Shown one piece after another: positions 54,556 to 64,000 of a stretch of 64,000 bases of DNA (positions are counted from its first letter, which is position 1; each line of letters starts with the position of its first letter). The position numbers and the translations under genes are program-made. A model generated the notes under the pieces. It was not told where the DNA came from, did not search any database, and was given only the letters and a program-made list of their open reading frames with translations. Source of the DNA: an uncultured Candidatus Saccharibacteria bacterium (GTDB lineage Bacteria; Patescibacteriota; Minisyncoccia; Phycocordibacterales; Zambryskibacteraceae). Location: the NCBI GenBank assembly GCA_964357635.1, contig CAYHLZ010000001.1:133166-197165 (forward strand). Direction: 5' to 3'.

Positions 54556-55581
54556 TTACTTTTTAATGTGACTTCCTAATTTAATAACATGGTCTAAGAG
54601 GGTGTAGCAGTATCCCATTTCATTGTCATACCAAGCCAAAACTTTTACCAAATTACCACCCACTACACGAGTAAGACTAAGATCGGCAATAGAACCATAA
54701 GGACTGCCAAGGATGTCGGAGGAAACAAGCTCTTCTTCTGTGGCAGTAAATATCCCTTGCCACCTCTTATCAAGCGCTGCTTTTCTTAAAATATTGTTTA
54801 CTTCTTCTCTGTCTGTCTTTCTCTTGGATATAAAAGTTATATCAACGAGTGAACCGCTCACTATAGGAACTCTAAGAGCAATACCATCAAAGAGTCCTTG
54901 AAGTTTGGTAAAAGCTTTTGTCACCGCAATAGCCGCCCCTGTTGAAGATGGCACAATGTTTTGTGCTGCAGCCCGTCCTTCTCTGAAACCTCTTTTTGAC
55001 GGTCCATCTACCAATCCTTGAGAGGCGGTATAACCGTGAGTAGTGTTTAAAACCGCTTTCTCAACACCTATTGCTTCATCAAGAATGGCTATCAAAGGAC
55101 TTCCGGCGTTAGTGGTGCAAGAAGCATTTGAGGTGATAAGGCAAGTTGAAAGTCTTTCTTCATTAATCCCCATAAGGATAGTGCCACCTTCAATGGAAGC
55201 ATCTGGGTCATCTTTCATTGGTGCTGTAACCACCACTCTCTTCGCGCCAGCGTCTAAATGAGCTTTGGCGCTCTGGAAACTGGTAAAGAATCCTGTGGAC
55301 TCAACCACCACATCTATATCCAGTTTTTTCCAAGGTAGAAGCGCAGGGTCCTTTTCGGAGATAAATTTCACCTCCTTTTTATCCACCATGAGTTTGCCGT
55401 CCTTCACGAGAACTTCAAAATTACTTTTACCGTAAACAGTGTCAAACTTCAGTAGATAAGCAATATTAGAAATATCACCCAAGTCGTTTATAACCACTAT
55501 TTCAAGCTCCTTGTGTTCCCGAGCCAATTTAAAGAAAGCTCTGCCGATTCTCCCCGCTCCATTTATCGCTACTCTTATTGC
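54556..55581 (-). CDS. gap: Glyceraldehyde-3-phosphate dehydrogenase
   Basis: 'MAIRVAINGAGRIGR' Rossmann motif and the 'ASCTTNAGSP' catalytic Cys motif. Confidence 0.9.
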   Translation of the reverse strand, partial: AIRVAINGAGRIGRAFFKLAREHKELEIVVINDLGDISNIAYLLKFDTVYGKSNFEVLVKDGKLMVDKKEVKFISEKDPALLPWKKLDIDVVVESTGFFTSFQSAKAHLDAGAKRVVVTAPMKDDPDASIEGGTILMGINEERLSTCLITSNASCTTNAGSPLIAILDEAIGVEKAVLNTTHGYTASQGLVDGPSKRGFREGRAAAQNIVPSSTGAAIAVTKAFTKLQGLFDGIALRVPIVSGSLVDITFISKRKTDREEVNNILRKAALDKRWQGIFTATEEELVSSDILGSPYGSIADLSLTRVVGGNLVKVLAWYDNEMGYCYTLLDHVIKLGSHIKK

Positions 55582-55591
55582 CATTTGACTA

Positions 55592-56032
55592 TTATTGTAC
55601 CACAGCACCTATGTCAATACGATATTTGTTGGCTGACCCGGAAGCTAGTTCAAGCACATATTTTGCCGGCACGCTGGGGTAAAAAACATTTGGATAAGTT
55701 TCTGGCTCTACCGCCCTTTCTACGTGCACTACTTGGCCGTTTTCACTAATCCAGATTATATCTATCGCAAACTTCATATCTTTCATCCAGAAACCATGGG
55801 TATCCGAAGTATTAAAGATAAAAAACATACCCTCTTTGTCCCCAAGACTCGGTTTTCCAGATAATCCTTGCTGTCGAGTTTCTGCTGTATCCGCAAGTTC
55901 TACTTGAAAACTTATATCGTTTATCTTTACGACTTCGCCCACCTTATCCATGTTTACTGGTCTGTTCCATAAGAGATAAACAGAACCAAATATTACTAGG
56001 AGACCTAAAAGGAGGAAGAAAAAATTTTTCAT
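55592..56032 (-). CDS. DUF192-family protein (COG1430), membrane-anchored or secreted
   Basis: 'GLSGKPSLGDKEGMFFIF...GFWMKDMKFAIDIIWI' matches DUF192 conserved blocks. Confidence 0.65.
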   Translation of the reverse strand: MKNFFFLLLGLLVIFGSVYLLWNRPVNMDKVGEVVKINDISFQVELADTAETRQQGLSGKPSLGDKEGMFFIFNTSDTHGFWMKDMKFAIDIIWISENGQVVHVERAVEPETYPNVFYPSVPAKYVLELASGSANKYRIDIGAVVQ

Positions 56033-56040
56033 GCTCTAAA

Positions 56041-56060
56041 TTATAACAAAAAACCCGCTT
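56041..56060 (-). terminator. Intrinsic terminator (CCCGCGCAAGCGGG plus T6 on the minus strand) after the RRM gene
   Basis: The plus strand reads aaaaaacccgcttgcgcggg. The hairpin is flanked by A6/T5 runs, so it is near-bidirectional. Confidence 0.7.
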
Positions 56061-56100
56061 GCGCGGGATTTTTGATTCACTCCGTTTGAAACGGGGTTAC

Positions 56101-56379
56101 TTACATTGGTCTGCGGTCGTTGTTGCGAGGTTCAAGCGGGCGAGCAACGTTTACAGTCAATTTTCTTCCTTCGAAGTCTTGACCATTAAACATGTTGATA
56201 GCTGCTTGAGCTTCTTTGTCGTTTGACATTTCAACGAATCCGAAACCCTTGCTTCTGCCGGTCATGCGATCAATTATGATTGATGCAGAGGAGACAGCTC
56301 CTGCTTTAGCGAAAAGATCACTAAGAGCAGCTTCTGTCGTAGAATATGGAATTCCACCGACGTATAGCTTTGTTGACAT
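56101..56379 (-). CDS. RRM-domain RNA-binding protein (92 aa)
   Basis: RNP-2 'LYVGGI' and RNP-1 'KGFGFVEM'. Confidence 0.85.
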   Translation of the reverse strand: MSTKLYVGGIPYSTTEAALSDLFAKAGAVSSASIIIDRMTGRSKGFGFVEMSNDKEAQAAINMFNGQDFEGRKLTVNVARPLEPRNNDRRPM

Positions 56380-56510
56380 TTTATTTGCGCCGACATTATT
56401 TTAACCATGTAAGTGTCGGTCCCATCTCATTTCGCGCTCTCTTTCGGTTCTACCTAAAGTAACCTCTCAACGAGAACCTTACATACCACCATTATAGTCT
56501 ATAGTCAAAC

Positions 56511-57305
56511 TTATGTCAAGCCACCCCTCTTTTCCCAGTTTAAGATTTTCTTTGCCAGCTTGTAGCGCACACTCGGAGTCCAGTCTCTAAGCATATAATT
56601 CTTGCCGACTGATGGATCTTGAGCAATTCTTGGCAGATTTCCACCTTTATAAAGTTTCTGTATGATCTCAAGATATAGTTCTTTTGCCTTTTTATTTAAT
56701 TCTAGAAAAAGATCTCTCGGCCTCTTTGAGATGTCGGCACTCAAAGTTTCAATAACATCACCAGTGTCCACCCCCTCTTTTACGTAGTGGATGGTAGCAC
56801 CCAAACGGTTTGGCTCGTCATTGATTAAGGCATATTGATTTGCCACTGAACCACGATAATACGGACATAAACCCATATGTAGATTTAGCACCTTCTCTGC
56901 CGTGGCAAGAATATCCTTTTTAAGAATAGTATTTCCCCAAACAACAAGAATTTTTGGTTTTATTTTCTTGAGGATTTCTAGAACCTCTGGGCTATTTACA
57001 GAAGAGACTTCTATAGTTTTTGTTAGATATGTTTTCTCTGTTTCCACATCTCCAAAATTTCTGAAATATTCCAAAACCTTTTGCGCCGGTTTATTGAATC
57101 TCAAAAGTAGCGCGTAAAAAAGTTCTCTTGGTAAAGCAGGTAGTCCAACAGCTCTTTTAAGTCGCCCAATACTCTCAGTAAAAGATTCGTTAAAAATTTT
57201 AGACTTCTGAATTATTACAAGTTCTACGCACCCAGTTTTTTTATGGAGAGAGTTTGCAAAATCACGCCTCTCCCCTCCTGGTATCGTGATAACGACAATA
57301 CTCAT
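56511..57305 (-). CDS. Formyltransferase-family protein (Fmt/PurN N-terminal domain-like), 264 aa
   Basis: 'ILVVWGNTILKKDILATAEKVLNLHMGLCPYYRGSVANQYALINDEPNRLGATIHYVKEGVDTGDVIE' matches Formyl_trans_N (SLLP..RG...H...D.G). Confidence 0.7.
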   Translation of the reverse strand: MSIVVITIPGGERRDFANSLHKKTGCVELVIIQKSKIFNESFTESIGRLKRAVGLPALPRELFYALLLRFNKPAQKVLEYFRNFGDVETEKTYLTKTIEVSSVNSPEVLEILKKIKPKILVVWGNTILKKDILATAEKVLNLHMGLCPYYRGSVANQYALINDEPNRLGATIHYVKEGVDTGDVIETLSADISKRPRDLFLELNKKAKELYLEIIQKLYKGGNLPRIAQDPSVGKNYMLRDWTPSVRYKLAKKILNWEKRGGLT

Positions 57306-57523
57306 GAGTGATGATTTTTACTAGTAGCTTTCTTCCCCCAGTGCTTAAGTTTATTCCAAACACGAGCTCTAACCCCAAGCATTTCTAATCCTAGTATCAA
57401 AAGAAAACCTACTGGCGTAAACGGAGTAATGATAGAAAGAAGGCCGACAATGATAAGAGTAGTGCCTGTTGCTCTTATCAATTTAGGACTCTCGGCCCAA
57501 TACTTCTTTAGACGACCTTTCAT
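57302..57523 (-). CDS. Small membrane protein (hypothetical, 73 aa, 2 TM)
   Basis: Overlaps the formyltransferase gene by 4 nt. Hydrophobic hairpin. Confidence 0.4.
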   Translation of the reverse strand: MKGRLKKYWAESPKLIRATGTTLIIVGLLSIITPFTPVGFLLILGLEMLGVRARVWNKLKHWGKKATSKNHHS

Positions 57524-57625
57524 AACTTTAATTGTAGCAATTTTATCTCTGTACTAAAAACTTTTTAAGGAAAAGGCGCCCAGTTTGGTGTCTGGGCGCC
57601 CCTGTGTTCTGGACGAAAAAAGGAT

Positions 57626-57931
57626 TTAACCTTTGCGCCCGGCGTAGATGCGTCCGCTCCCGTTGGGGCCGCCAGGGATGACATAGATCCAGTAGAATTC
57701 CAGCGCTTTTTCGGGGGTGGTTTTGTAATAGGCTGCGACCACCCTCAAAGCAAAGTCTCTTGTGGCATCTGAATCTCCATAGTGATGGCCTTCATTATTG
57801 TAGGCATCACCGACGAAGCTCGGCATCTGTTCCCAGCTTTCATCAAGTTCAGGAATCTGCCCAACATTGAATATTGGAACAGTAAGTGGAGAGATTTCCC
57901 GTCTTTCTCCGTTGGTGGGCTTTTCAAACAT
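57626..57931 (-). CDS. Hypothetical protein (start taken at MFEKPTNG)
   Basis: An ORF with no recognisable motifs. It is followed on the minus strand by a terminator hairpin GGCGCCCAG...CTGGGCGCC plus a T-rich tract at 57570..57598. Confidence 0.4.
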   Translation of the reverse strand: MFEKPTNGERREISPLTVPIFNVGQIPELDESWEQMPSFVGDAYNNEGHHYGDSDATRDFALRVVAAYYKTTPEKALEFYWIYVIPGGPNGSGRIYAGRKG

Positions 57932-58085
57932 TTCTTTCTCCTTAGGGTTCGGGTGTCTCACTAATATATAGCACAAAATTTACTTAGAGTCAATTTAGAA
58001 TTTATTTAAAAATGTTCATTGACAAAGATGTCTCTTTGCGGAGAATACAAAAAGGAACAGGCTTAACTGAACAAGGGAGACAGCC

Positions 58086-58622
58086 ATGAAATTAAGTATT
58101 AGTCGAAAGCGTAAGGTGGTGTCCTTGTGGATACTTATCCTTTTCGCATTCAGTGTCGGAAACTACATTGCCACTGAACCTGTGGAGTCGGAAAAACCAC
58201 AACGAGTTCAGAACGCATTGCCACTCTCAACCTCAATCATTCGCGGTGACTACGGCAATATTCACACGGAACAGAGAATGGCCAGAGACGAATTCGAAAG
58301 AATCGTTGAGGCCTCTCCGTACGAAGTTGACATCCTGAATGTGAAGTACTTTTTCACCCCAGACGGCTTCATCGTCAAAATCGTCCCTGCTTTCTCGACA
58401 AGGCGGAAGACGATACACACGCAGTATCGCTATCTTGCTTTCGTCAGTAGCGATAAGGAGTTCGTTACGTATCTCACTTCAGGGTTTGAGGCATTTGAGC
58501 ACGAGGTCATCAGGAATGACGAAGTTTTTGAGAGCGGTGCCGAACTAACAGCGCCTGTCGGTGGCACAGAGGTTCCGGTTCTCATTCTCATCAAGACCAA
58601 ATCTATTTTGACCAAAACCTAG
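58086..58622 (+). CDS. Hypothetical secreted protein (178 aa)
   Basis: Signal peptide 'VVSLWILILFAFSVGNYIA'. Own terminator GGCACCCT...AGGGTGCC followed by TTTTGTT at 58642..58672. Confidence 0.45.
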   Translation: MKLSISRKRKVVSLWILILFAFSVGNYIATEPVESEKPQRVQNALPLSTSIIRGDYGNIHTEQRMARDEFERIVEASPYEVDILNVKYFFTPDGFIVKIVPAFSTRRKTIHTQYRYLAFVSSDKEFVTYLTSGFEAFEHEVIRNDEVFESGAELTAPVGGTEVPVLILIKTKSILTKT

Positions 58623-58739
58623 AGTAACAACTGTTTACTCGGCACCCTACCCAAGGGTGCCTTTTGTTAAAAAGAAAGAGGCGGAAAAAGATTTCTCTCG
58701 TCCGCCCCCGATGATGTTGTCACCATGTGTACTGACTGG

Positions 58740-58973
58740 TCAGAAGAACAGCTTAAGTTCCCTTGTTATACCTTTCTTGTCGTGAACGAGAAGCGTGTCC
58801 CCAGAACGAGCGAGATCAATCATGTGTTCGTAGAGCTTGAGCGCGTTCTTGGTGACTTCGGCGTAAGAGGATGCCTCCGTCTTGTCTTTGAGTGACCTTA
58901 GCCTCTTCATGGACACCGGAGACAATTCTAACTGGACTCTGGTGCTTGTTTTGCTCGGCATTTTTAGCTCCAT
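58740..58973 (-). CDS. Small hypothetical protein (77 aa), possibly a ribbon-helix-helix-like DNA binder
   Basis: Weak resemblance only. Own minus-strand terminator at 58683..58712. Confidence 0.3.
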   Translation of the reverse strand: MELKMPSKTSTRVQLELSPVSMKRLRSLKDKTEASSYAEVTKNALKLYEHMIDLARSGDTLLVHDKKGITRELKLFF

Positions 58974-59365
58974 TCGTTTCTAAAGATTCTGGTGGAGATG
59001 GTGAAGCTCAAGATAGAGATGACTATCGTGAGAATTACTTGCGCTCCGATGTACCACATGTAGAGGTATTCCACCATGAGGTACAACAAGAGTGTGTTGC
59101 CGATGAGAAAGGAAATGGTCATGGCGACATACAGCGCGAGCTGACGGCCAACCATGTGAGTTCCTTTGTTCTGGACATTCCAGAATTTCTGAAGCGTGAA
59201 GTTCAGTCCTGTGTTCAGAACGAACCCAATCACCGCAGAAATGACATACCAGACGCCGAAGTACTCCGTGAGGCCGTACAGCGCAGTGTAATAGGCAATG
59301 ACGCCGGCGACTCCTACAACGCAGAACCGCACGACTTGCCCGAGGCGAGACGTTTTGGTTCGCAT
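58964..59365 (-). CDS. GtrA-family membrane protein
   Basis: 'RFCVVGVAGVIAYYTALYGL' and four TM segments are typical of GtrA. The start is taken at MRTKTSRLGQ. Confidence 0.7.
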   Translation of the reverse strand: MRTKTSRLGQVVRFCVVGVAGVIAYYTALYGLTEYFGVWYVISAVIGFVLNTGLNFTLQKFWNVQNKGTHMVGRQLALYVAMTISFLIGNTLLLYLMVEYLYMWYIGAQVILTIVISILSFTISTRIFRNEWS

Positions 59366-59436
59366 TGAGGATTCCCCTTCTCTGATTGTTGAAATGTGCG
59401 GTTCGGTTAGTAAATTATCAGGAATAACCTTAAAAA

Positions 59437-59676
59437 TCAAACAATTTCAAAAACTTTTATTTTGGACGTGGCGCCGGAGATGAGTCGGACTTGCAAGCGA
59501 GAAACTTTAAAATGTTCAGCTAAGATTTTTATAATTGCTTCATTGGCGCGACCTTCCACAGCTCGTTCTTTGACGGAAACTGTGTAAAATTCTTTACCGT
59601 CAGGCATGAGCTTAAGCGGTGGAAGAACAATCTTGTTTTCCTTTGCTCCCGGCTTGGCTTTAACAAAAATTTTCAT
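59437..59676 (-). CDS. DUF167 (YggU)-family protein. The ATG immediately abuts the CCA end of tRNA-Ser.
   Basis: 'MKIFVKAKPGAKENKIV...VKERAVEGRANEAIIKILAEHFKVSRLQVRLISGATSKIK' matches DUF167 blocks (KPxAK...V.A.P..GKAN..L...L...). Confidence 0.7.
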   Translation of the reverse strand: MKIFVKAKPGAKENKIVLPPLKLMPDGKEFYTVSVKERAVEGRANEAIIKILAEHFKVSRLQVRLISGATSKIKVFEIV

Positions 59677-59764
59677 TGGCGGAGGCGAAGAGATTCGAAC
59701 TCTTGAGAGCTTGCGCCCTACACGCTTTCCAAGCGTGCGCACTAGACCACTATGCGACGCCTCC
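59677..59764 (-). tRNA. tRNA-Ser (anticodon GGA), class II with a long variable arm; CCA encoded
   Basis: Acceptor GGAGGCG/CGCCTCC; D-arm GCAT-AGTGGTCTA-GTGC; anticodon stem CACGC/GCGTG with loop TTGGAAA; 16-nt variable arm; T-arm AAGAG-TTCGAAT-CTCTT; then G-CCA. Confidence 0.85.
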
Positions 59765-60010
59765 TAAGTAATTTTTTAACTTTTCCTTTAACACCTCTCT
59801 GCCATGACCGCTCTTAAAGTATTTTTCTGCGATACGAGCGTCTGTCTTATTAAGATACGCTTCATAGAACACTAAATCAAATTTTCCGTTCCTAGATGCA
59901 AAAGATGAACCCCTTGCTTGATGTTCCCTTATTCTCCTTTTTAAATCTTCTGTGTAACCATAGTAAAATTTACCATTGGATCTAAATCTTAATACGTAGA
60001 AGTAAAACAT
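59750..60010 (-). CDS. GIY-YIG nuclease-family protein (UPF0213-like, 86 aa). Its last 5 codons overlap the tRNA-Ser 5' end.
   Basis: 'FYFYVLRFRSNGKFYYGYTEDLKRRIREH' is the GIY-YIG motif. Confidence 0.75.
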   Translation of the reverse strand: MFYFYVLRFRSNGKFYYGYTEDLKRRIREHQARGSSFASRNGKFDLVFYEAYLNKTDARIAEKYFKSGHGREVLKEKLKNYLGGVA

Positions 60011-60067
60011 CTTCTAATCCTAAATCCGCCTCCTCGGCGGATGCGCCGGAGAGGCGCAAGCAAATTT

Positions 60068-60664
60068 TCAAGAAACTTCCGAATACCTAACCACTTTATT
60101 TCGTCCGCCGTGTTTTGCAGCATAAAGTGCTTTGTCAGCACGCTTAACAAGCTCTAGAACATTAACTCCCGTTTCGGAAGAAGCAATGCCGGAGCTTATA
60201 GTTATGCGCAAATCTTCTAGTTCTGGAAAAACTATTTTCTCTATCGTTTCCCGTATTTCCTCCGCCTTGTCTCTAGCATCAGATTCGTCTGCACCCAAGA
60301 GAGATACGACAATCTCTTCCCCACCCCAACGTGAGGCAGTATCCCCTGTTCTTAAGCCACCTTGTATAGTTTCTGAAACTTTTTTTAAAACTATGTCACC
60401 GGTTTCGTGCCCGTATTTATCATTCACCGACTTAAAGTGATCTATATCAAAAAAGATAATGCCAATGTTTTTGAACCCGAACCATTCTTTTCTTTTTCCT
60501 TCCTTGTTTTGTGCTATAGCTCTTAAATAGACATCAAGTTCTTCTTCAAAAAAAGCTCGGGTTTTGAGTCCAGTAAGCGCATCATGGATAAGATCTTTTT
60601 CCAGGCCATGAACCTGCGCCTCAAGTTCGGTTATCCGGTTTTCCAGATTGTTGTTTTCTTTCAT
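60068..60664 (-). CDS. Diguanylate cyclase (GGDEF domain, active-site variant GGEEI) with an N-terminal coiled coil
   Basis: 'FFDIDHFKSVNDKYGHETGD...SRWGGEEIVVSL'. Confidence 0.82.
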   Translation of the reverse strand: MKENNNLENRITELEAQVHGLEKDLIHDALTGLKTRAFFEEELDVYLRAIAQNKEGKRKEWFGFKNIGIIFFDIDHFKSVNDKYGHETGDIVLKKVSETIQGGLRTGDTASRWGGEEIVVSLLGADESDARDKAEEIRETIEKIVFPELEDLRITISSGIASSETGVNVLELVKRADKALYAAKHGGRNKVVRYSEVS

Positions 60665-61560
60665 ATATTTTTTACTCCAACAAGGGCGCTAACTCTTTCT
60701 TCCACAGGTGGATGGGTCATGAAAAGTTTGTGTAAACCAGAAATCCTTTTTTCACCAAACGGGTTTGATATGAAAAGATGTGCTGTTGCATCGTTGGCGG
60801 TCCTCATGGGTGTCGGCACCGAACTAATCTTTTTTAAAGCACTTGCCAATCCTTCCGGGTAACGGGTCAGAAGTGCGCCACTTGCATCCGCCAAGAATTC
60901 TCGTTTACGTGAAATAGCTAAACGAATAAGAGTGGCTGCTAATGGCGCAAGTATGGCAAATATCAGTCCCACCAGTACTATGACAGCACCCGCTCTACCG
61001 TTGTCTCGCCCACCACCCCCATGAATTCGTGAACGTAAAAAGATATCTGATACAAGAGTAATAAACCCCGCAAGTACTACGACCACTGTGGAGAGAAGCA
61101 TGTCACGATTACCAATATGAGAGAGCTCATGTGCAATTACACCTTCAAGTTCATTTTTTTCTAAAATAGAAAGTAAACCTGTTGTTACTGCTACAACGGC
61201 ATGGCTCGAATCTCTGCCTGTGGCAAATGCATTTGGAGCGGAGTCTTCAACGATATAGAGTTTTGGCATCGGCAGACCTGCAGCGATGGAGAGGTTTTCT
61301 GTAGCATTCCACAGGTCAAAATACTCTTGTCTCGTGGCTAGTCTTGCTTTGTGTAATTTTAAAACAATCTTATCTGAAAACCAGTATGAGAAAATATTCA
61401 TAAAGATAGCGAAGAAAACTGCAAAATATAAAATACCTGGGCTTTCAAAATAGTAAGAAATAAACCAGCCCAGAACAATGACTAGGGCAAAGAAGAACGT
61501 CATCAGGAACCAGGTTTTAAGGATGTTCCTGTCTTGGTGAGTGTATAGATTCATAGACAC
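60661..61560 (-). CDS. htpX: Membrane zinc metalloprotease HtpX (M48)
   Basis: 'HELSHIGNRD' HExxH motif plus four TM segments. Confidence 0.88.
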   Translation of the reverse strand: MSMNLYTHQDRNILKTWFLMTFFFALVIVLGWFISYYFESPGILYFAVFFAIFMNIFSYWFSDKIVLKLHKARLATRQEYFDLWNATENLSIAAGLPMPKLYIVEDSAPNAFATGRDSSHAVVAVTTGLLSILEKNELEGVIAHELSHIGNRDMLLSTVVVVLAGFITLVSDIFLRSRIHGGGGRDNGRAGAVIVLVGLIFAILAPLAATLIRLAISRKREFLADASGALLTRYPEGLASALKKISSVPTPMRTANDATAHLFISNPFGEKRISGLHKLFMTHPPVEERVSALVGVKNI

Positions 61561-61602
61561 CCCGCTACTTGCCCCGCCATGGCGGGGTGAAGCGGGGCAA
61601 GC

Positions 61603-62157
61603 TTAGAACTTAACTTCAACTGGGCTACGGCCTGCTATCTCCTCAAGTTCAAAGAATTCCATTTTGGCAAAATGAAATGCCTTAGCAATAAGGTTTGAAG
61701 GAAAAGATTCAACAGAAGTGTTCAAGTCACGAACATTGGTGTTATAGAAACGTCGCGCAGCCTGAATTTTATTTTCAGTATCAGATAATTCTTTCTGAAG
61801 TTCAAGAAAGTTGGTGTTCGCCTTAAGGTCCGGATAAGCTTCAGCAACGGCAAAAAGAGATTTGAGAGCTCCTGTTAGCATGTTTTCTGTCTTACTTTTT
61901 TCTGCGAGGTTTCCAGCACCCATGGCAAGCGCGCGCGCCTTGGTAACATTTTCAAATGCGCTTGATTCGTGCTTCGCGTAACCTTTTACAGAATTAACAA
62001 GGTTTGGGATAAGATCGTAACGGCGCTTGAGTTGAACATCAATATCTGCCCATGCTTCTTTAGCCCTGTTGATAATGCGGATAAAGTGGTTGTAAGCAAA
62101 AATTACCCACAAAACGAGAAGGGCAAGAATTGCTAAGACAATAAATGTTAATGACAT
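61603..62157 (-). CDS. lemA: LemA-family protein
   Basis: N-terminal TM segment followed by 'FIRIINRAKEAWADIDVQLKRRYDLIPNLV', which is LemA-like. Confidence 0.85.
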   Translation of the reverse strand: MSLTFIVLAILALLVLWVIFAYNHFIRIINRAKEAWADIDVQLKRRYDLIPNLVNSVKGYAKHESSAFENVTKARALAMGAGNLAEKSKTENMLTGALKSLFAVAEAYPDLKANTNFLELQKELSDTENKIQAARRFYNTNVRDLNTSVESFPSNLIAKAFHFAKMEFFELEEIAGRSPVEVKF

Positions 62158-62175
62158 ATCTTTATTATAACAAAA

Positions 62176-63840
<1,665 letters not shown>

Positions 63841-64000
63841 TTATTTAATGACTGCTAAAACATTATCTTCTTTCAATAAATAAAGCTCTTCTCCGTCTTG
63901 AGAAACTTCATCATATCCATACTTAGAAAAAATGATCGTATCCCCCACCTTTATATTTATCGGCACAAGTTTACCCTCTAACCACTTACCTTCCCCAACC
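63841..64000 (-). CDS. groS: Co-chaperonin GroES, C-terminal part (5' end beyond the window)
   Basis: The reverse-complement translation ends '...VKVGDTIIFSKYGYDEVSQDGEELYLLKEDNVLAVIK*'. Confidence 0.85.
   Translation of the reverse strand, partial: VGEGKWLEGKLVPINIKVGDTIIFSKYGYDEVSQDGEELYLLKEDNVLAVIK

Noticed and set aside
61565-61600. GC hairpin (CTTGCCCCGC...GCGGGGCAAG / CCCCGCCATGGCGGGG) between lemA and htpX as a terminator
   Set aside because: There is no U-tract on the minus (coding) strand, and the two genes appear co-oriented and likely co-transcribed. It may be a processing or stability element, but the evidence is insufficient to call it a terminator.

Overview
This is a dense 64-kb chromosomal window, about 90% coding, from what looks like a small, streamlined bacterial genome that uses the standard genetic code (TGA terminates trpS). 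Many genes overlap at ATGA or TAATG junctions, several ribosomal proteins and aminoacyl-tRNA synthetases are truncated or unusually short, many small membrane proteins are present, and a non-oxidative pentose-phosphate plus lower-glycolysis gene cluster is present. Together these features resemble Patescibacteria/CPR-type organisms, but this is inference only. Recognisable content, in order: a sensor histidine kinase that is 5'-partial at the window edge; an arsR-family regulator bracketed by 18-bp inverted repeats; a secreted lipase; trpS overlapping an archaeal-type aspS; an ABC exporter; scpA/scpB; a D-Ala-D-Ala carboxypeptidase; asnB; a fragmented division/cell-wall cluster (mraY-prx-doxX-ftsW-murG-gltX on the plus strand, mraZ-rsmH-ftsL-ftsI on the minus strand); an M23 peptidase; a NUDIX hydrolase; an AT-rich frameshifted gene; rpmA, rplI (N-domain only) and ctpA; cysS, dnaB, recR, rplU, rmuC, a YqeY-family protein, nrdJ and ogt; tRNA-Glu, tRNA-Thr and tRNA-Ser; hemolysin-III and VIT-family membrane proteins; gyrB; pheS fused to an FDX-ACB domain; a processive GT2 glycosyltransferase; tsf, rpsB, prfA, rpmE and rplY; a coiled-coil MltB-like transglycosylase; fba, a pfkB-family kinase, a split transketolase, rpe, rpiB and gap; an RRM protein; a formyltransferase; a GGDEF cyclase; htpX, lemA, groL and a partial groS. 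The most unusual loci are: (i) a ~650-bp ORF-free, hairpin-rich segment at 32446-33113 with a minus-strand intrinsic terminator, which is a candidate unassigned ncRNA; (ii) a GC-rich segment directly 3' of tRNA-Glu that carries a basic, Cys-rich ORF ending in a textbook terminator; (iii) a PheS carrying the PheT-type anticodon-binding domain with no pheT nearby, suggesting a monomeric PheRS; (iv) an AT-rich insertion next to a NUDIX gene flanked by 13-bp direct repeats, containing a gene split at an A7 tract; (v) tRNA-Ser whose encoded CCA directly abuts the ATG of the next gene.
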